A DNA stretch of 64,000 bases from Octopus sinensis (GCF_006345805.1 NC_042999.1:133052001-133116000); one strand, 5' to 3'; shown: positions 1 through 12,454, numbered from the stretch's first letter. Numbers and translations are program-made. The notes: generated by a model from the sequence alone, not told the origin.

Positions 1-60
1 CATAATACACAGCTGCAGAGAGCAAATGTAAATGAAAGCAGGAAGTCCTGTCGACTAAGT

Positions 61-114
61 GATATATGTATGTATTTACATATATACATATACATACATA
101 CATATACATACACT

Positions 115-146
<32 letters not shown>

Positions 147-228
147 CATAGGGTGTTTGAGGTGGTGTACATTGTATATTAATAATATATATATGAATAT
201 ATATATATATACATATATACATATATAC

Positions 229-278
<50 letters not shown>

Positions 279-419
279 ATATACATATATATAAATATAT
301 ATTATATATATAATATATACATATATATATATATACACACACACATATATACATATATATATACATTTACATGTGCATGCATATATACGTATATAAGTAT
401 ACATGCTTATATATATATA

Positions 420-472
<53 letters not shown>

Positions 473-570
473 GAGACAGATAGATATATACGTATGTGTG
501 TATGTATGTATGTATGTAGTATGTATGTATGTATGTATGTATGTATGTATGTATGTATGTATGTGTGTAT
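61..570. repeat. Compound (TA)n/(CA)n/(TATG)n microsatellite
   Basis: Di- and tetranucleotide runs visible directly; they explain the YI/CV-repeat ORFs. Confidence 0.95.
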
Positions 571-769
571 TCCGATTGATATGAAAGAATGGTAAGCTGT
601 CAAAGTCATATGACGAAAGGGAGCTGCTATTAGAAGAATTTCATCAAGTCGTATGTCACTCTAGTATATCTCTCTCTGCATCTCAATATCTTTCGCCTCC
701 TAACATATACAAAACATGATTACCACTATCGTTTTGTTTGGATTTGGAACCGTACATGTGTCTTCGTTG

Positions 770-976
770 TGTGTGTGTGTGTGCACGCGCGTGTATACGT
801 ACATAAATAAAAGCATACGTGGATGCAAACACCTACATACACACACATGCTAACAAATGTGTATATATATATATATATCTATGTGTATGTGTATATATAT
901 ACATATATGTATATATATATACATGTATATATATATGTGTGTATATATATATACACACACACATATATATACACAT

Positions 977-1043
<67 letters not shown>

Positions 1044-1250
1044 GAGAAAAAATGGGGAGAGCTGATAAGATAAATGCTAGCTTCATGAATGTTTCAATAT
1101 AACACACACACACACATACACTTACACACACACACACACACACATGCACTTACACACACACACACACACAACATAGAAGAAAAGCGGAAACACGTGCAGC
1201 TATTCCTACTGTTAATTATAGTTGTCATCATTTAAACACACACACATGTA
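770..1250. repeat. Compound (TG)n/(TA)n/(CA)n microsatellite
   Basis: Direct inspection. Confidence 0.9.
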
Positions 1251-1721
1251 TATACATTTGGTCAGGAAATATTACACAATATACGTAGCAGAGTTAATAT
1301 ATTCATTAGAATTTGTGATTTCACTCAATCTTTTCTCCAAGCTTCCTGCTTCTGTTCTTTAAGTTAGACATAATATATTCACGGTGTTCAGATGTGAACA
1401 TTACGCCAAAAATGCATATATAATCATTTATACTGTATATATAAACACGCGCATAACATATTCTGTATGTTTCTATCAAAAGAGTTTATTGAGTACTTAT
1501 ATATATATCCACAGTATAATATACACTTAGACAAAAACGCACACACGCACACATAGATATGCATAAGAAATACATATATATGCTTTATATAAATATATAT
1601 ATGTATGTGCTTTTTCATGTGCATGGGTATGCGTACGTATATATATCTATCTATTTATCTAACTATCTATCTATCTAGGTGGGTAGTTAGGTAGCGAGCA
1701 ATTTATCTATGTATATGTATG

Positions 1722-1800
<79 letters not shown>

Positions 1801-1802
<2 letters not shown>

Positions 1803-2610
1803 AGGTCTTTATCGCGAAGATTGTCTGCTTTACCTCCAAAACGTTTCGAATCAAAAAATACAGAAGGTTAAGAACAGATTAGTTAGGTTTTTTAGTAGAA
1901 TGGGCTTGCGCATCGTTTTTTGACGATGAATTAACTAAAGCCAACTTCTTAGACATTACCCTCAATTTGCAGAATAACTCATACTTCCCTTATCATAAAC
2001 TTTCCACAAATCTTAAGTATATTAGCCTTTACAGTAATCATGCCAGGACAGTTACCGATAATTTACTCAAAAGCATATCTTTGAGACTGTCTAAATTATC
2101 TGCCAATGTCGACATCTTTAACCAAAAGGCAGACTCCTACAACGCCGCCTTTTTAAAAGCCGGTTATAAGGATAAAGTGTCATACATCGATTCAGCTCGT
2201 TCTAAACCAACATCTGCTTCTCCAGATAGAAAAGTTACTCGTAATAGGAATAGTGATTTCAATTCTAATAGTGCCAGCAACCCTGTACATAAAATAAATT
2301 CTTTACGGACTAAGGGAGGTAAGCGTCATTCAACCCCAAATTTCCAACCCAGAAATTTTCCCCTTACTTTCACAAATAACACTAAGTACAATTCAAAGGC
2401 CACAAAAAACTGTATCTGGTTCGTAATACCTTTCGGAAAACAAATTAAATCGAACCTTCCCTTGCAGTTCCGTGAAGCCGTTGCTAGGAACTTTCCCAGA
2501 AATTCTAGATATCATTCTATTATCAGTTCCCACATAGTTAGAATCGCTTTCTCTAACATTAGAAATCTTTCACAGATTATATCTTCTCACAATACCAAGC
2601 TGCTAAACAA
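1801..2610 (+). mobile_element. Penelope-like retroelement fragment (RT catalytic/thumb region), frameshifted and truncated at both ends
   Basis: GLYREDCL (degenerate GLYRDDGL RT motif) and RFFSRMGLRIVF, then a +1 frameshift in the T-run at about 1915-1921, then NFLDITLNL...YISLYSNH...AGYKDKVSY...CIWFVIPF...IISSHNTKLL. These are the conserved PLE blocks NFLD / SNHP / IWFNPP / ISSHN. No GIY-YIG follows. Confidence 0.88.
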
Positions 2611-3037
2611 AGATTCTTCACCCGGGAGTTCCAACACTAATCTTGCTAATTCCAACCCATCATACAATCATAATAATAGGAATAGTATTAATAGTAATAG
2701 CATTGGTAGCAGCGATAGTGTTAACAATGATAATATTAATAATAGTATTAGTCGTGTTAATAACAATGGCAATGTTGATGGTAATAACAATAACGGTATT
2801 ATTGTTGGTGGTATTACTGGTTGTATTACCATTAATAATACTAATAATAATAGTAATAAATGTGTGTCTATATATATTATGAATAAAAGACGGTGGATGT
2901 GGAACACACTTTATAATTTAACACTACAGTTGTTGCAATGTAGATCCATCAATAGAAACATTGCTGAAGTAATGTCAATCATGATCATGATCATCAGCAT
3001 CATGATCGTCGTGATCATCATCATCATGGCTGGCATT

Positions 3038-3211
3038 CAGCTTGACAGCGATTGCCTACACACAGGCGTTTCCTTGAGGTTTGGCCTCCGGATCTATGAA
3101 CTTCATAAATGCTGCTGCAGGTACACTGTGGATTATTTCAGCCTCTACCCATTGTCATGCTGTAATAGTTCTGACTGCCTTCCACGTCATGCTGCTTTTA
3201 ACGAAATCATG
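3038..3211 (+). mobile_element. CRE-like non-LTR retrotransposon fragment (Cys/His zinc-finger region upstream of the RLE)
   Basis: LDSDCLHTGVSLRFGLRIYELHKCCCRYTVDYFSLYPLSCCNSSDCLPRHAAFNEI resembles the LRLG..I.EPH.C.CG..VD..GLH.LSC..S.GR..RH.ALN.II pattern of CRE-type elements (pattern recalled, not searched). Confidence 0.6.
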
Positions 3212-3400
3212 ACTACGGCCATGCTTGAAGGGTTTTTGCCAAATAAATCGACCCTAGGGCTTATTTTTTTAAAGCCTAGTACTTATTCTATCGTTCCTTT
3301 TTGGCCGAAGCGCTAAGTTACGGGGATGTAAACATAACATCACCGGTTGTCAAGCGGTGACGTAGAGACAAACACAGACACAAAAGCACAGACACACATA
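3210..3400 (-). mobile_element. SINE family 1, 3' fragment
   Basis: Reverse match to the 3' half of the near-full copies at 19579 and 34103 (agcctagtacttattctatcg...ggttgtcaagcg). Confidence 0.75.
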
Positions 3401-3406
3401 GATATA

Positions 3407-4040
3407 TACGAGGGGGTGTTCCTTAGAGATTTCCTCTGGCCCACTTCCTAATAGCTGGGATAAACGAACCTTGGCATAATTATTAGTCCTTTTCTACACA
3501 CTTTTCCCATCGTCATTAGAAGTCGGTAGGTTACGCCTGGAGTCAAGAATAAGTTCATCATCATCGGAAAAGTGCTTCCCCATCAAAAAATACTTTATGG
3601 TTGGAAAGAGGTGGAAGTCAGATGGTTCGAGGTCGGGAGAATAAGGGGTATGCAGAAGGACATCATAGTCGCAGGAGTGTGGTTTAATCTGGGGAAATTG
3701 CGCATTGTGAACAAGACTATTGTCTTAGAGGAGGTGGACACCTTTGGTCAGCATGTCACACCTTTCTGTTTTGTTTGCGTCCCGCAATTTCTGCAACAGA
3801 GAAACATAGTATTCCCCGTTAATTGTGGCGTCTTTCACCCAGAAAATCCATCAACCCTATTTCCCGCTGGTCCATCACCTTGCCTGCTGAGGGTTTGACA
3901 CGAGGTGGTGAGTTATCATGCTTTCATTGCTTCGATTGGACATTAGTCTCAGGATCATAGTGATGGACACATAAAGATACTTGACCCCCAGCCCTGCTTG
4001 ATGAGGCTGGGATCATCCTACGTTAGTGGTTCCAGAGACA
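3407..4040 (-). mobile_element. Mariner (DD34D-type) transposon, 3' half, pseudogenised
   Basis: TIR-like tacgagggggtg at about 3407. Minus-strand translation gives HHYDPETNVQSKQ, QPSAGKVM, TINGEYYVSLLQKLR, LL*DNSLVH, LHTPYSPDLEPSDFHLFP and GKHFSDDDEL. Confidence 0.85.
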
Positions 4041-4098
4041 TCATCTCTGGGACTGAATGATGATAGGAAAATATTTTAAATTACTGGACGTGGAACTG

Positions 4099-4183
4099 TT
4101 TTGTATATTTGTGTCTTGTATATAAAGATGATATGCGAAGTTAAATGTGTATGTGTGTGCACATATATGGACGTATGCATGCA

Positions 4184-4227
<44 letters not shown>

Positions 4228-4233
4228 TCTATC

Positions 4234-4319
<86 letters not shown>

Positions 4320-4324
4320 TGATT

Positions 4325-4406
<82 letters not shown>

Positions 4407-4495
4407 TGCATGCATACGTCCATATATGCGCGCACACATACACATTTAACTTCGCATATCGTCTTTATACACAAGACACACATAAATATACAAAA
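4099..4495. repeat. Inverted duplication centred on a (TA)n tract
   Basis: 4099-4236 is the reverse complement of about 4281-4495 (ttgtatattt..gtgtcttg..gcgaagttaaatgtgtatg..ggacgtatgcatgcatctgtc), with a few transitions and a 4-bp indel. Confidence 0.9.
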
Positions 4496-4718
4496 ACATA
4501 CACACACACATATACATACATACATACACACACAGATATGTATTTATGTATATATGACAATCTACAAAATATTTCGCATCATAGCCAATGCTATTAAAAA
4601 TCTCAGAATAAGAAACATTAGAGTGAATTATCTGATGGCAAAGTATAAATTCGAAAGGCCTTGTTCCATCATTAGTGGATAAATCATAGCTTAATAAAAA
4701 GTAGAAATATCTCCATAT

Positions 4719-4811
4719 GTTAATACATCAGAGGGTACTGGAAAAAAAAAGAAAAGAAAAACGAAAATGGCCTCTAACGAGAAATCACGAGGTACCTTCT
4801 GATGTATTAAC
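4719..4811. repeat. 20-bp inverted repeat with 53-nt A-rich spacer (mini-MITE or hairpin)
   Basis: gttaatacatcagagggtac ... gtaccttctgatgtattaac, 19/20 complementary; the mismatch is a G-U wobble on the + strand. Confidence 0.7.
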
Positions 4812-5257
4812 GTTTTGAAGTTAATATCATTATTCATTATTAAGCAATGAATTATTCAGCAATAATGAAACAAAGATTGTAATCTTATCGTCAAAATATC
4901 AATAAAGATATGTATTATGCATGTAGTATGTATATATATGTGTGTATGTGCGTGTGTCTGTATATATCTGTGTGTAGATATGCGTAAATGGGGACAAGGA
5001 CAAAAGCGTGCTCGAGTTCTATCGGAGAGTGTAAATTTATGATTGTAATAATCTGTTTCTTTGGGTTTGAGCGCTTTATGTCGCATATAGGGCATGGCAT
5101 ATAGCCAAAGTTTAGATACCAAAGCGTTCTACTATAGTTTGAAACACCCAGGCATATATGCAGTTCAAATCATATTTCGTTAAATCTTGTCCTCCATCGG
5201 TAACATGGGCACATACAGAATATATATACAAGCCTAATCGGAAGCATCTGGCAACAT

Positions 5258-5400
5258 TCTTCTGATGGAGGGAATCTGGCGTTGCCGAACGGATAAATAG
5301 GGACCTGTGTTATTCCATAAAACTACGAAATTACAGCTTTTATCATGTAATGAACGTAGTTACAGAATAAGACAAAGTTCGTCCGAAACAGCTGTCAAGA
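5258..5400 (+). ncRNA. Degenerate type I hammerhead-like motif with long stem II insert
   Basis: tctt-CTGATGG...gttcgtcc-GAA-ACAGCTGT-C-aaga: stem I tctt/aaga, palindromic stem III ACAG/CTGT, GUC site. A9 and stem II are imperfect. Confidence 0.4.
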
Positions 5401-5596
5401 TAAGACCATTCCATAACCCCTTTTGTTTATTTTGTATTCTTTCTTCTGTACTCTGCATTTTATATTCGATATAAATATACTTGTTAACCCTACTTTTTTT
5501 AATTTTCCTTTCTAGTTCATTGCATATATATATACATACATATATATATATACATACATATATACATACATATATACATATATATACATACATTTG

Positions 5597-5680
5597 AGGC
5601 GGCAAGCTAGCTGAATCGTTAGCATGTCGGACAAACTGCCGTTCTGAGTTCAAATTCCGTCGAGGTCGCCTTTGACTTTT
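5597..5680 (+). mobile_element. SINE family 2 (tRNA-derived head), fragment
   Basis: ggcggcaagctagctgaatcgttagc...gagttcaaattcc: A- and B-box-like; matches 19185 and 38424. Confidence 0.75.
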
Positions 5681-5766
5681 ATGGAGACTGTCAGAATGGT
5701 ATAGACGCCTCTGATGAGAACCCAATAATGTTCGAAAATCAATTAAGGTTATTCATCATTTTTAGT

Positions 5767-6142
5767 AGGCACAGGAGTGGCTGTGTGGTAAGTAGCTTGC
5801 TTACCAACTACATGATACCGGATTCATTCCCACTGCGTGACACCTTGGGCAAATGTCTTCTACTATAGCCTTGGGCCGACCAAAGCCTTGTGAGTGGATT
5901 TGGTAGACGGAAGCTGAAAGAATCCCGTGATATATATGTATATCCATATATATGTGTGTGTGTTTGTATCTGTGTCTGTGTCTGTCCCCATCCCCAACAT
6001 CGCTTGACACCCGATGCTGGTGTGTTTACGTCCCCATAACTAGGCTTACAAAGAATAAGTCCTGGGGTCGATATCCTTGACTAAAGGCGGTGTTCCAGCA
6101 TGGCCACAGTCAAATGACTGAAACAAGTAAAAGAGTAAAAGA
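5767..6142 (+). mobile_element. SINE family 1, near full length
   Basis: tRNA-like head (ggctgtgtggtaag / ggattcattccc), central caccttgggcaa block, internal TA/TG tract, gagtaaaaga tail; many copies in the window. Confidence 0.9.
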
Positions 6143-6152
6143 ATACATACAT

Positions 6153-6279
<127 letters not shown>

Positions 6280-6403
6280 CTTTTACTCTTTTGCTCTTTT
6301 ACTTGTTTCAGTCATACGTATACCAATGATGAAATAGGGATATATGTCTTCCCAGAGAGCAATACTACTGACGTGGTGTAAGAGAATAATTTCTGAACTA
6401 CAA

Positions 6404-6699
6404 TGGCTAATTGGGACTTTAAATATACGTTGGGGTTGTCGACAAATTTTTCTCCATCAAGTTATATGATTGGGCTAGATGTGTCGCTAGGGGCCAATGA
6501 TATTGATAGTCTCCTTGGTTGTAGGATTGTAAATTTTTAATTAAGCAGGGTTATTTTGACTTTATGCATACGTAGGGATTGTCCACAAATTACAAATTTT
6601 CATCTATGGAGTAAAGCATATACCAGCTGTGTGATAGAGGTAGATATTTCATTAGGGGCCCAATAGCATCGATAGCTTTCAGGATTGTAGGATGACAAA
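6404..6699 (-). repeat. Diverged tandem duplication with a decayed coding-like signature
   Basis: Units 6404-6533 and 6548-6699 align. Minus-strand peptides SYNQGDYQYHW / SYNPESYRCYW and FVDNPNVYLKSQ / FVDNPYVCIKSK, broken by stops. Confidence 0.5.
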
Positions 6700-6760
6700 T
6701 CTTTATTTAGGCTGGGTAATTATGGCTTTAAACAGACACAAATTTCCGTATCCCGAGTAA

Positions 6761-7059
6761 AGAATGTGACTATGAATTCATTGACTTGAGGCTTCATTTT
6801 TATCAATGGTTCACAGAACTCATTACACAGCTGGTTATCTTTTTATATGCATAGGTACAGGCGTGGCTATGTGATACAGAAGCTTGCTTCCCAACCTTAC
6901 GATCTTGGGTTCAGTACTGCTGCGCAGCACCTTAGGCAAGTGCCCTGGGCCGCGCAAAGCTTTGTGAGACGATTTGGTAGATATAACCTGAAAAAGGTCA
7001 CTCGTGTTTATGTGTATATGTGTTTGTGCAAGTATATATCCATCTGTGTGTGTGTGTGT

Positions 7060-7101
<42 letters not shown>

Positions 7102-7419
7102 ATGTGTACAGAATAAGTACAGAATGTGACTATGAATTCATTGACTTGAGGCTTCATTTTTATCAATGGTTCACAGAACTCATTACACAGCTGGTTATCT
7201 TTTTATATGCATAGGTACAGGCGTGGCTATGTGATACAGAAGCTTGCTTCCCAACCTTACGATCTTGGGTTCAGTACTGCTGCGCAGCACCTTAGGCAAG
7301 TGCCCTGGGCCGCGCAAAGCTTTGTGAGACGATTTGGTAGATATAACCTGAAAAAGGTCACTCGTGTTTATGTGTATATGTGTTTGTGCAAGTATATATC
7401 CATCTGTGTGTGTGTGTGT

Positions 7420-7459
<40 letters not shown>

Positions 7460-7478
7460 ATGTGTACAGAATAAGTAC
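6761..7478 (+). repeat. Near-perfect 360-bp tandem duplication containing a SINE family 1 copy
   Basis: agaatgtgactatgaattca starts at 6761 and again at 7121; the only difference I see is one TG unit. Confidence 0.95.
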
Positions 7479-7994
7479 CACACTTCAAACAAATAGTAAT
7501 TACTGCGCTCGATTTGTTCGACTTACCTCTTGAAGGTAGTGCCACACCATGGCCGCAGTCCAATGACCGAAAGCAAGTGAAAGATAAGATAAATGAAAAC
7601 GATCGTTTGTGGAGGTAAATAAATATGCTGTTTAAAAAGTCAAAGCGATGTTTGCAGAATAATACGATCTCTCAGCCTTATCATTCAACATCTTAATCAT
7701 TCCGTGTGTCACTAGGTCACCTGCATATGCAACCATTTAAGCATGACGTTTTCGTAGTTTTAAATTATAACCTGAGGAAAATTTTAAATGGCAGCTTAAG
7801 TACGAAGAACATGTGAAGTGTGACGTTTGATTCTTTAACATGTCATCTGTTATCACAATAATAATTGAGAATTGATTTCAAAAGCATTCAACAGAATCGG
7901 CAAAAATGGAATGAAGAAATCTAAAAAATGAAAGGTATGTCAGTGATACAGCATTCAAAATTAATTTCCTTGTTATTATATGAAATATTGCATG

Positions 7995-8068
<74 letters not shown>

Positions 8069-8384
8069 CAACATCATCATCATCATCATCATCATCATCA
8101 GCATCATCATCATTATCATTATTTTTATTATTAGTAGTAGTATTGGTTGATTCGCTTTTGCTTTAAAAGCTGATTGCTATCATTCTTGAAGGCGTCGGAG
8201 TTGCCAGTAAATATTAATGATTAGACGTGGACTTACCAACAAGCATATGATTGGAACATATCGTTATGTATATGCACTTGCAAATATACATATATGAATG
8301 TGTGTGTGTGTGAGCGCGCATGCGTGTGTCTGTGTGTGTGTATATTGCACACACACAGACACACACACACACGCACACACATGC

Positions 8385-8702
8385 ATACATAAAATAACTG
8401 TTCTCTCGTATACAAGCAAAGCCATTGCTAGAACGAATTACTATAATGTGTCATTGCTGATGCACTGTGAAGCCTTTGTATGTCTCTTGAGCCCGGCCAA
8501 AGATTTGCACATTCTATTGCATAATGCACAACTGTGCTGGCTGGCAGAAGGAACAGGTGCCACAGTATGAAATCTTTTGACATGCCTTTTCAATCCTCCA
8601 ATTGAAAGGCACACCATTCCACTGGTTCTGGTGTGAACAACAGTCGTATCACAATTTACAAGGGGTTGATCCCTGTCAATTCTCTGATGGCTGACCAGGC
8701 CT
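8385..8702 (-). mobile_element. RTE-like LINE 3' end with C-terminal zinc-finger repeats
   Basis: AGLVSHQR...GMVCLSIGGLKRHVKRFH...CALCNRMCKSLAGLKRHTK* followed by a short UTR, bounded by microsatellites. A C2H2-gene exon relic is the alternative. Confidence 0.55.
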
Positions 8703-9735
8703 GCACATACACACACACACACACATACATACATACATACGTACGTACATACGTACGTACGTACGTACGTACATACATACATACTACATACATACATACA
8801 TACATACATACATACATACGTACGTACGTACGTACATATATACATACATACGTACAAACGTACATACATACATACATACATACATACATACATACATACA
8901 TACGTACATACATACATACATACATACGTACGTACGTACATATATACATACATACATACATACATACATGCATACATACATACCTATATACATACATACA
9001 AACATACACACACACATACATACATACACAGATGCATGGATGCATGCATACATACATACATACATACGTACGTACGTATATACATACATATATACATGCA
9101 TACATACATACCTATATACATACATAAAAACATACACCACACACATACATACATACACAGATGCATGCATGCATGCATACGTACATACATACATACCTAC
9201 ATACATACATACATACATACATACGTACGTACGTACGTACATATATACATACATACGTACAAACGTACATACATACATACATACATACATACATACATAC
9301 ATACATACGTACATACATACATACATACATACGTACGTACATACATACATACTACATACATACATACATACATACATACATACATACATACATACGTACA
9401 TACATCATACATACATACGTACGTACGTACATATATACATACATACATACATACATACATGCATACATACATACCTATATACATACATACAAACATACAC
9501 ACACACATACATACATACACAGATGCATGGATGCATGCATACATACATACATACATACGTACGTACGTATATACATACATATATACATGCATACATACAT
9601 ACCTATATACATACATAAAAACATACACACACACATACATACATACACAGATGCATGCATGCATGCATACGTACATACATACATACATACATACATACAT
9701 ACATACATACTACATACATACATACATACATACAT
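8703..9735. repeat. 1-kb (CATA)n/(CGTA)n array with a higher-order repeat of about 490 bp
   Basis: Variant markers recur: acagatgcatggatgc at about 9027 and 9519; acagatgcatgcatgc at about 9157 and 9647. Confidence 0.9.
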
Positions 9736-9739
9736 GTAT

Positions 9740-9863
9740 ATGTCTTCAACAAGAGCCCAGGGGCATAGCTGAAGGCACTTGCCCAAGTTGCGCGCAGTAG
9801 GACTGAACCGAACACCACGTGTTTGCAAGGTAAGCTTCTTTGCCACACAGTCATGCCTGCGCC
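9740..9863 (-). mobile_element. SINE family 1, 5' fragment
   Basis: cacttgcccaag...ggactgaacc...ccacacagtcatgcctgcgcct. Confidence 0.75.
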
Positions 9864-10114
9864 TACATATCTATAACAATAACCCATAAACCATCACACC
9901 TATCATAAGTAACCACCACCACCGAAACCACCATCACCAAAATTACAACCACCCTCACCAAAATCATCAAGACCACAACCAACACTCCCACCACAACCAC
10001 CAACATTCCAATCACTACAACCTCCACCATCACAACCACAAACACTACCACCACCAGCACAACCTCCACCATCAAATAACCCCAAAATCACCAACACCTC
10101 CACCGCCACCATAC

Positions 10115-10145
<31 letters not shown>

Positions 10146-10249
10146 CATACATACATACATACATACATACATACACACATATATATATATATATGGTAAA
10201 TGAAAGACGGAGGGTGGAATATACAAGAATTTATTATTAATCACACATC

Positions 10250-11840
10250 TAGCATCGATCCCTCATGGGAGGAACACTCAACAACTGGTTCGGGAGTTTC
10301 CGGCGGTGCAGATGTGTCTCATCGGGTGTTAAATAGACAGAACTTGTTAAAATAACAGTTCTGCAATGTATTTTCTCATTTTGTAGAAAAGAAAGCAGCA
10401 AAATGATGGAAATATCTTCATTTATAGAGAAGATCAAAAATAAAATCACAGATGCAAGAACAGAAACGAACACGCAATGCAGCGAGAAAAGTATTAAAAA
10501 TAACCGTTAACAAATATGAATGTAGAAATGCCCTCACGCAATCTGCATGGCGCGAGTACATTAGTTCATAGAAGCATCCACGAAAATGTAAGCATATGTA
10601 TACATGTGTTTTGTTGCACTCACGATCGCAAAGCGAGTTAACTAGCTACTTGGTGTTTATAAGAATGGGGAGGTTAAAACTAAACTTAATTCATCCATAC
10701 CTTGAAGTAAATTATGTTAACAGTTGCTCAAATTCATTCTCACTGCATTGTGCGAAAATACATTTATTTGCGTGTAGGCATCTTGGAGAGTCTTTCAAAA
10801 ATTCTATTAAGGAACTTGTCATTAGTCCACAGAATAGACAGAGATTCCGAGGAGCAGAGACGGCATCTCCTGGAAATGATATTGTCTGGTTTCGCGTGCC
10901 TTACTATGGACCAAGTTATACTGTTACTAACTGTATCCTCCTTCAATTACCATACAAAATCGGCCAAAGATGTTGAATGTATCTTATCGATTCTCTTAAA
11001 GCTGGTGACATGGATACGATAACGATTCTTAAATGACTCAGCCGTCTGCCCAATGTAAATATCCGGCCCTCCCCGTGTGTGCACGGTACATTTATATACA
11101 AGATTTGTACTCATACAGAGGTTCATCAATGGGCATTTTGAGTTTTCTTTGCATGAACATTTATCACATTTATTCGCATATAAGGCAGTTCCGATTCCAT
11201 TTTCCGATGTTGCTACCGTGTTAGCTGTATCATAAGCATTTCTACTATTACAATTTGCCTGTAATTGGTGTTTTTCATTGCAGCTTACATCTTCTTTGTT
11301 GGTATTTAGGTTATTGAACTGTTGTCGCATTTTACTATTGTTTATGCCGTGTATAAGCTGCTCTAAATTAGCAGAATTAGCGTAGGATACCTCCACGGTG
11401 TGCCGATTAAAAATAGTATGATATCGATTAGATTTAGGAAAACATTTGTCCGAAGCGCAAAACATTTTCCAGTGATCTAGGTTGAAACATGCGAACCGAA
11501 AATTGGGTTGATTCCTATATCTGCTGTTAGGCTTAATTGTCGTGTGTATCTATGAGTTTTCGTTGGTAGTTCATTGTCTTGACCAATTCTTCCCGGCCTT
11601 TATTCTCTGAGTGAGTTCTCAAACAGTGACGTTGTGATGGTGTACAATGTGTATTACAAATGAAGAAATTACCAGTGTTGTGTATGCCTGCTTTTTGTAT
11701 ATATTGAATTTCTTCACGGTACCCAACATTATAATAATTTGCATGTGATTCGAAAATTCTATTATTAGCGGATAACCTAGAAATTCATGTAGAATATTCG
11801 ATGGTTGGAAGCTACATTTATGTACTTAATATGATCATAT
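10250..11840 (-). mobile_element. Penelope-like retroelement, 5'-truncated: RT thumb, Cys linker, GIY-YIG endonuclease and probable 3' UTR
   Basis: KYINVASNH, SRLSANNRIF, GYREEIQY, HTIFNRHTVEVSY, CSCKENSKCPL, VYKCTV...YIGQT..SFKNRY..H, SITWSIV...CRLCSSE; several stops and frameshifts. The extent of the 3' UTR (10250-10760) is inferred. Confidence 0.9.
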
Positions 11841-11842
11841 AA

Positions 11843-11975
11843 ATCCTTTCCGTCGAAGAGCGTAGGCTCGAAACGTAAAAGACTTTCCCATTCTTCCCAA
11901 GTGTTAAACTAATACACCTGCTTGTTGTCCCTACACCTATCTTCGTCTTTTATTTTCTGTAAATTTGGACTCTGT
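11843..11975 (+). ncRNA. Hammerhead-bearing short repeat (copy 1), abutting the Penelope fragment in inverted orientation
   Basis: cttt-CCGTCGA-A-GAGC-gtag-GCTC-GAAAC-GTA-aaag at 11846-11881; the downstream ~90 bp is shared with 16922 and partly with 18951 and 55268. Confidence 0.7.
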
Positions 11976-11984
11976 ATATATATT

Positions 11985-12381
11985 CTTTACTCTTTACTCT
12001 TTTACTCGTTTCAGTCATTTGACTGCGGCCATGCTGGAGCACCGCCTTTAGTCGAGCAAATCGACCCTATGACTTATTCTTTGTAAGCCCAGTACTTATT
12101 CCATCGGTCTCTTCTGCCGAACCGCTAAGTGACGGGGGCGTAAACACACCAGCATCGGTTGTCAAGCAATGCTAGGGGGACAAACACAGACACACACACA
12201 TATATATATACATATATACGACAGGCTTCTTTCAGTTTCCGTCTACCAAATCCACTCACAAGGCATTGGTCGGCCCGGGGCTATAGCAGAAGACACTTGC
12301 CCAAGGTGCCACGCAGTGGGACTGAACCCGGAACCATGTGGTTGGTAAGCAAGCTACTTACCACACAGCCACTCCTGCGCC

Positions 12382-12382
<1 letters not shown>
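11985..12382 (-). mobile_element. SINE family 1, full length
   Basis: Complete reverse copy from the aggcgcaggagtggctgtgtgg head to the gagtaaagag tail. Confidence 0.92.
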
Positions 12383-12454
<72 letters not shown>

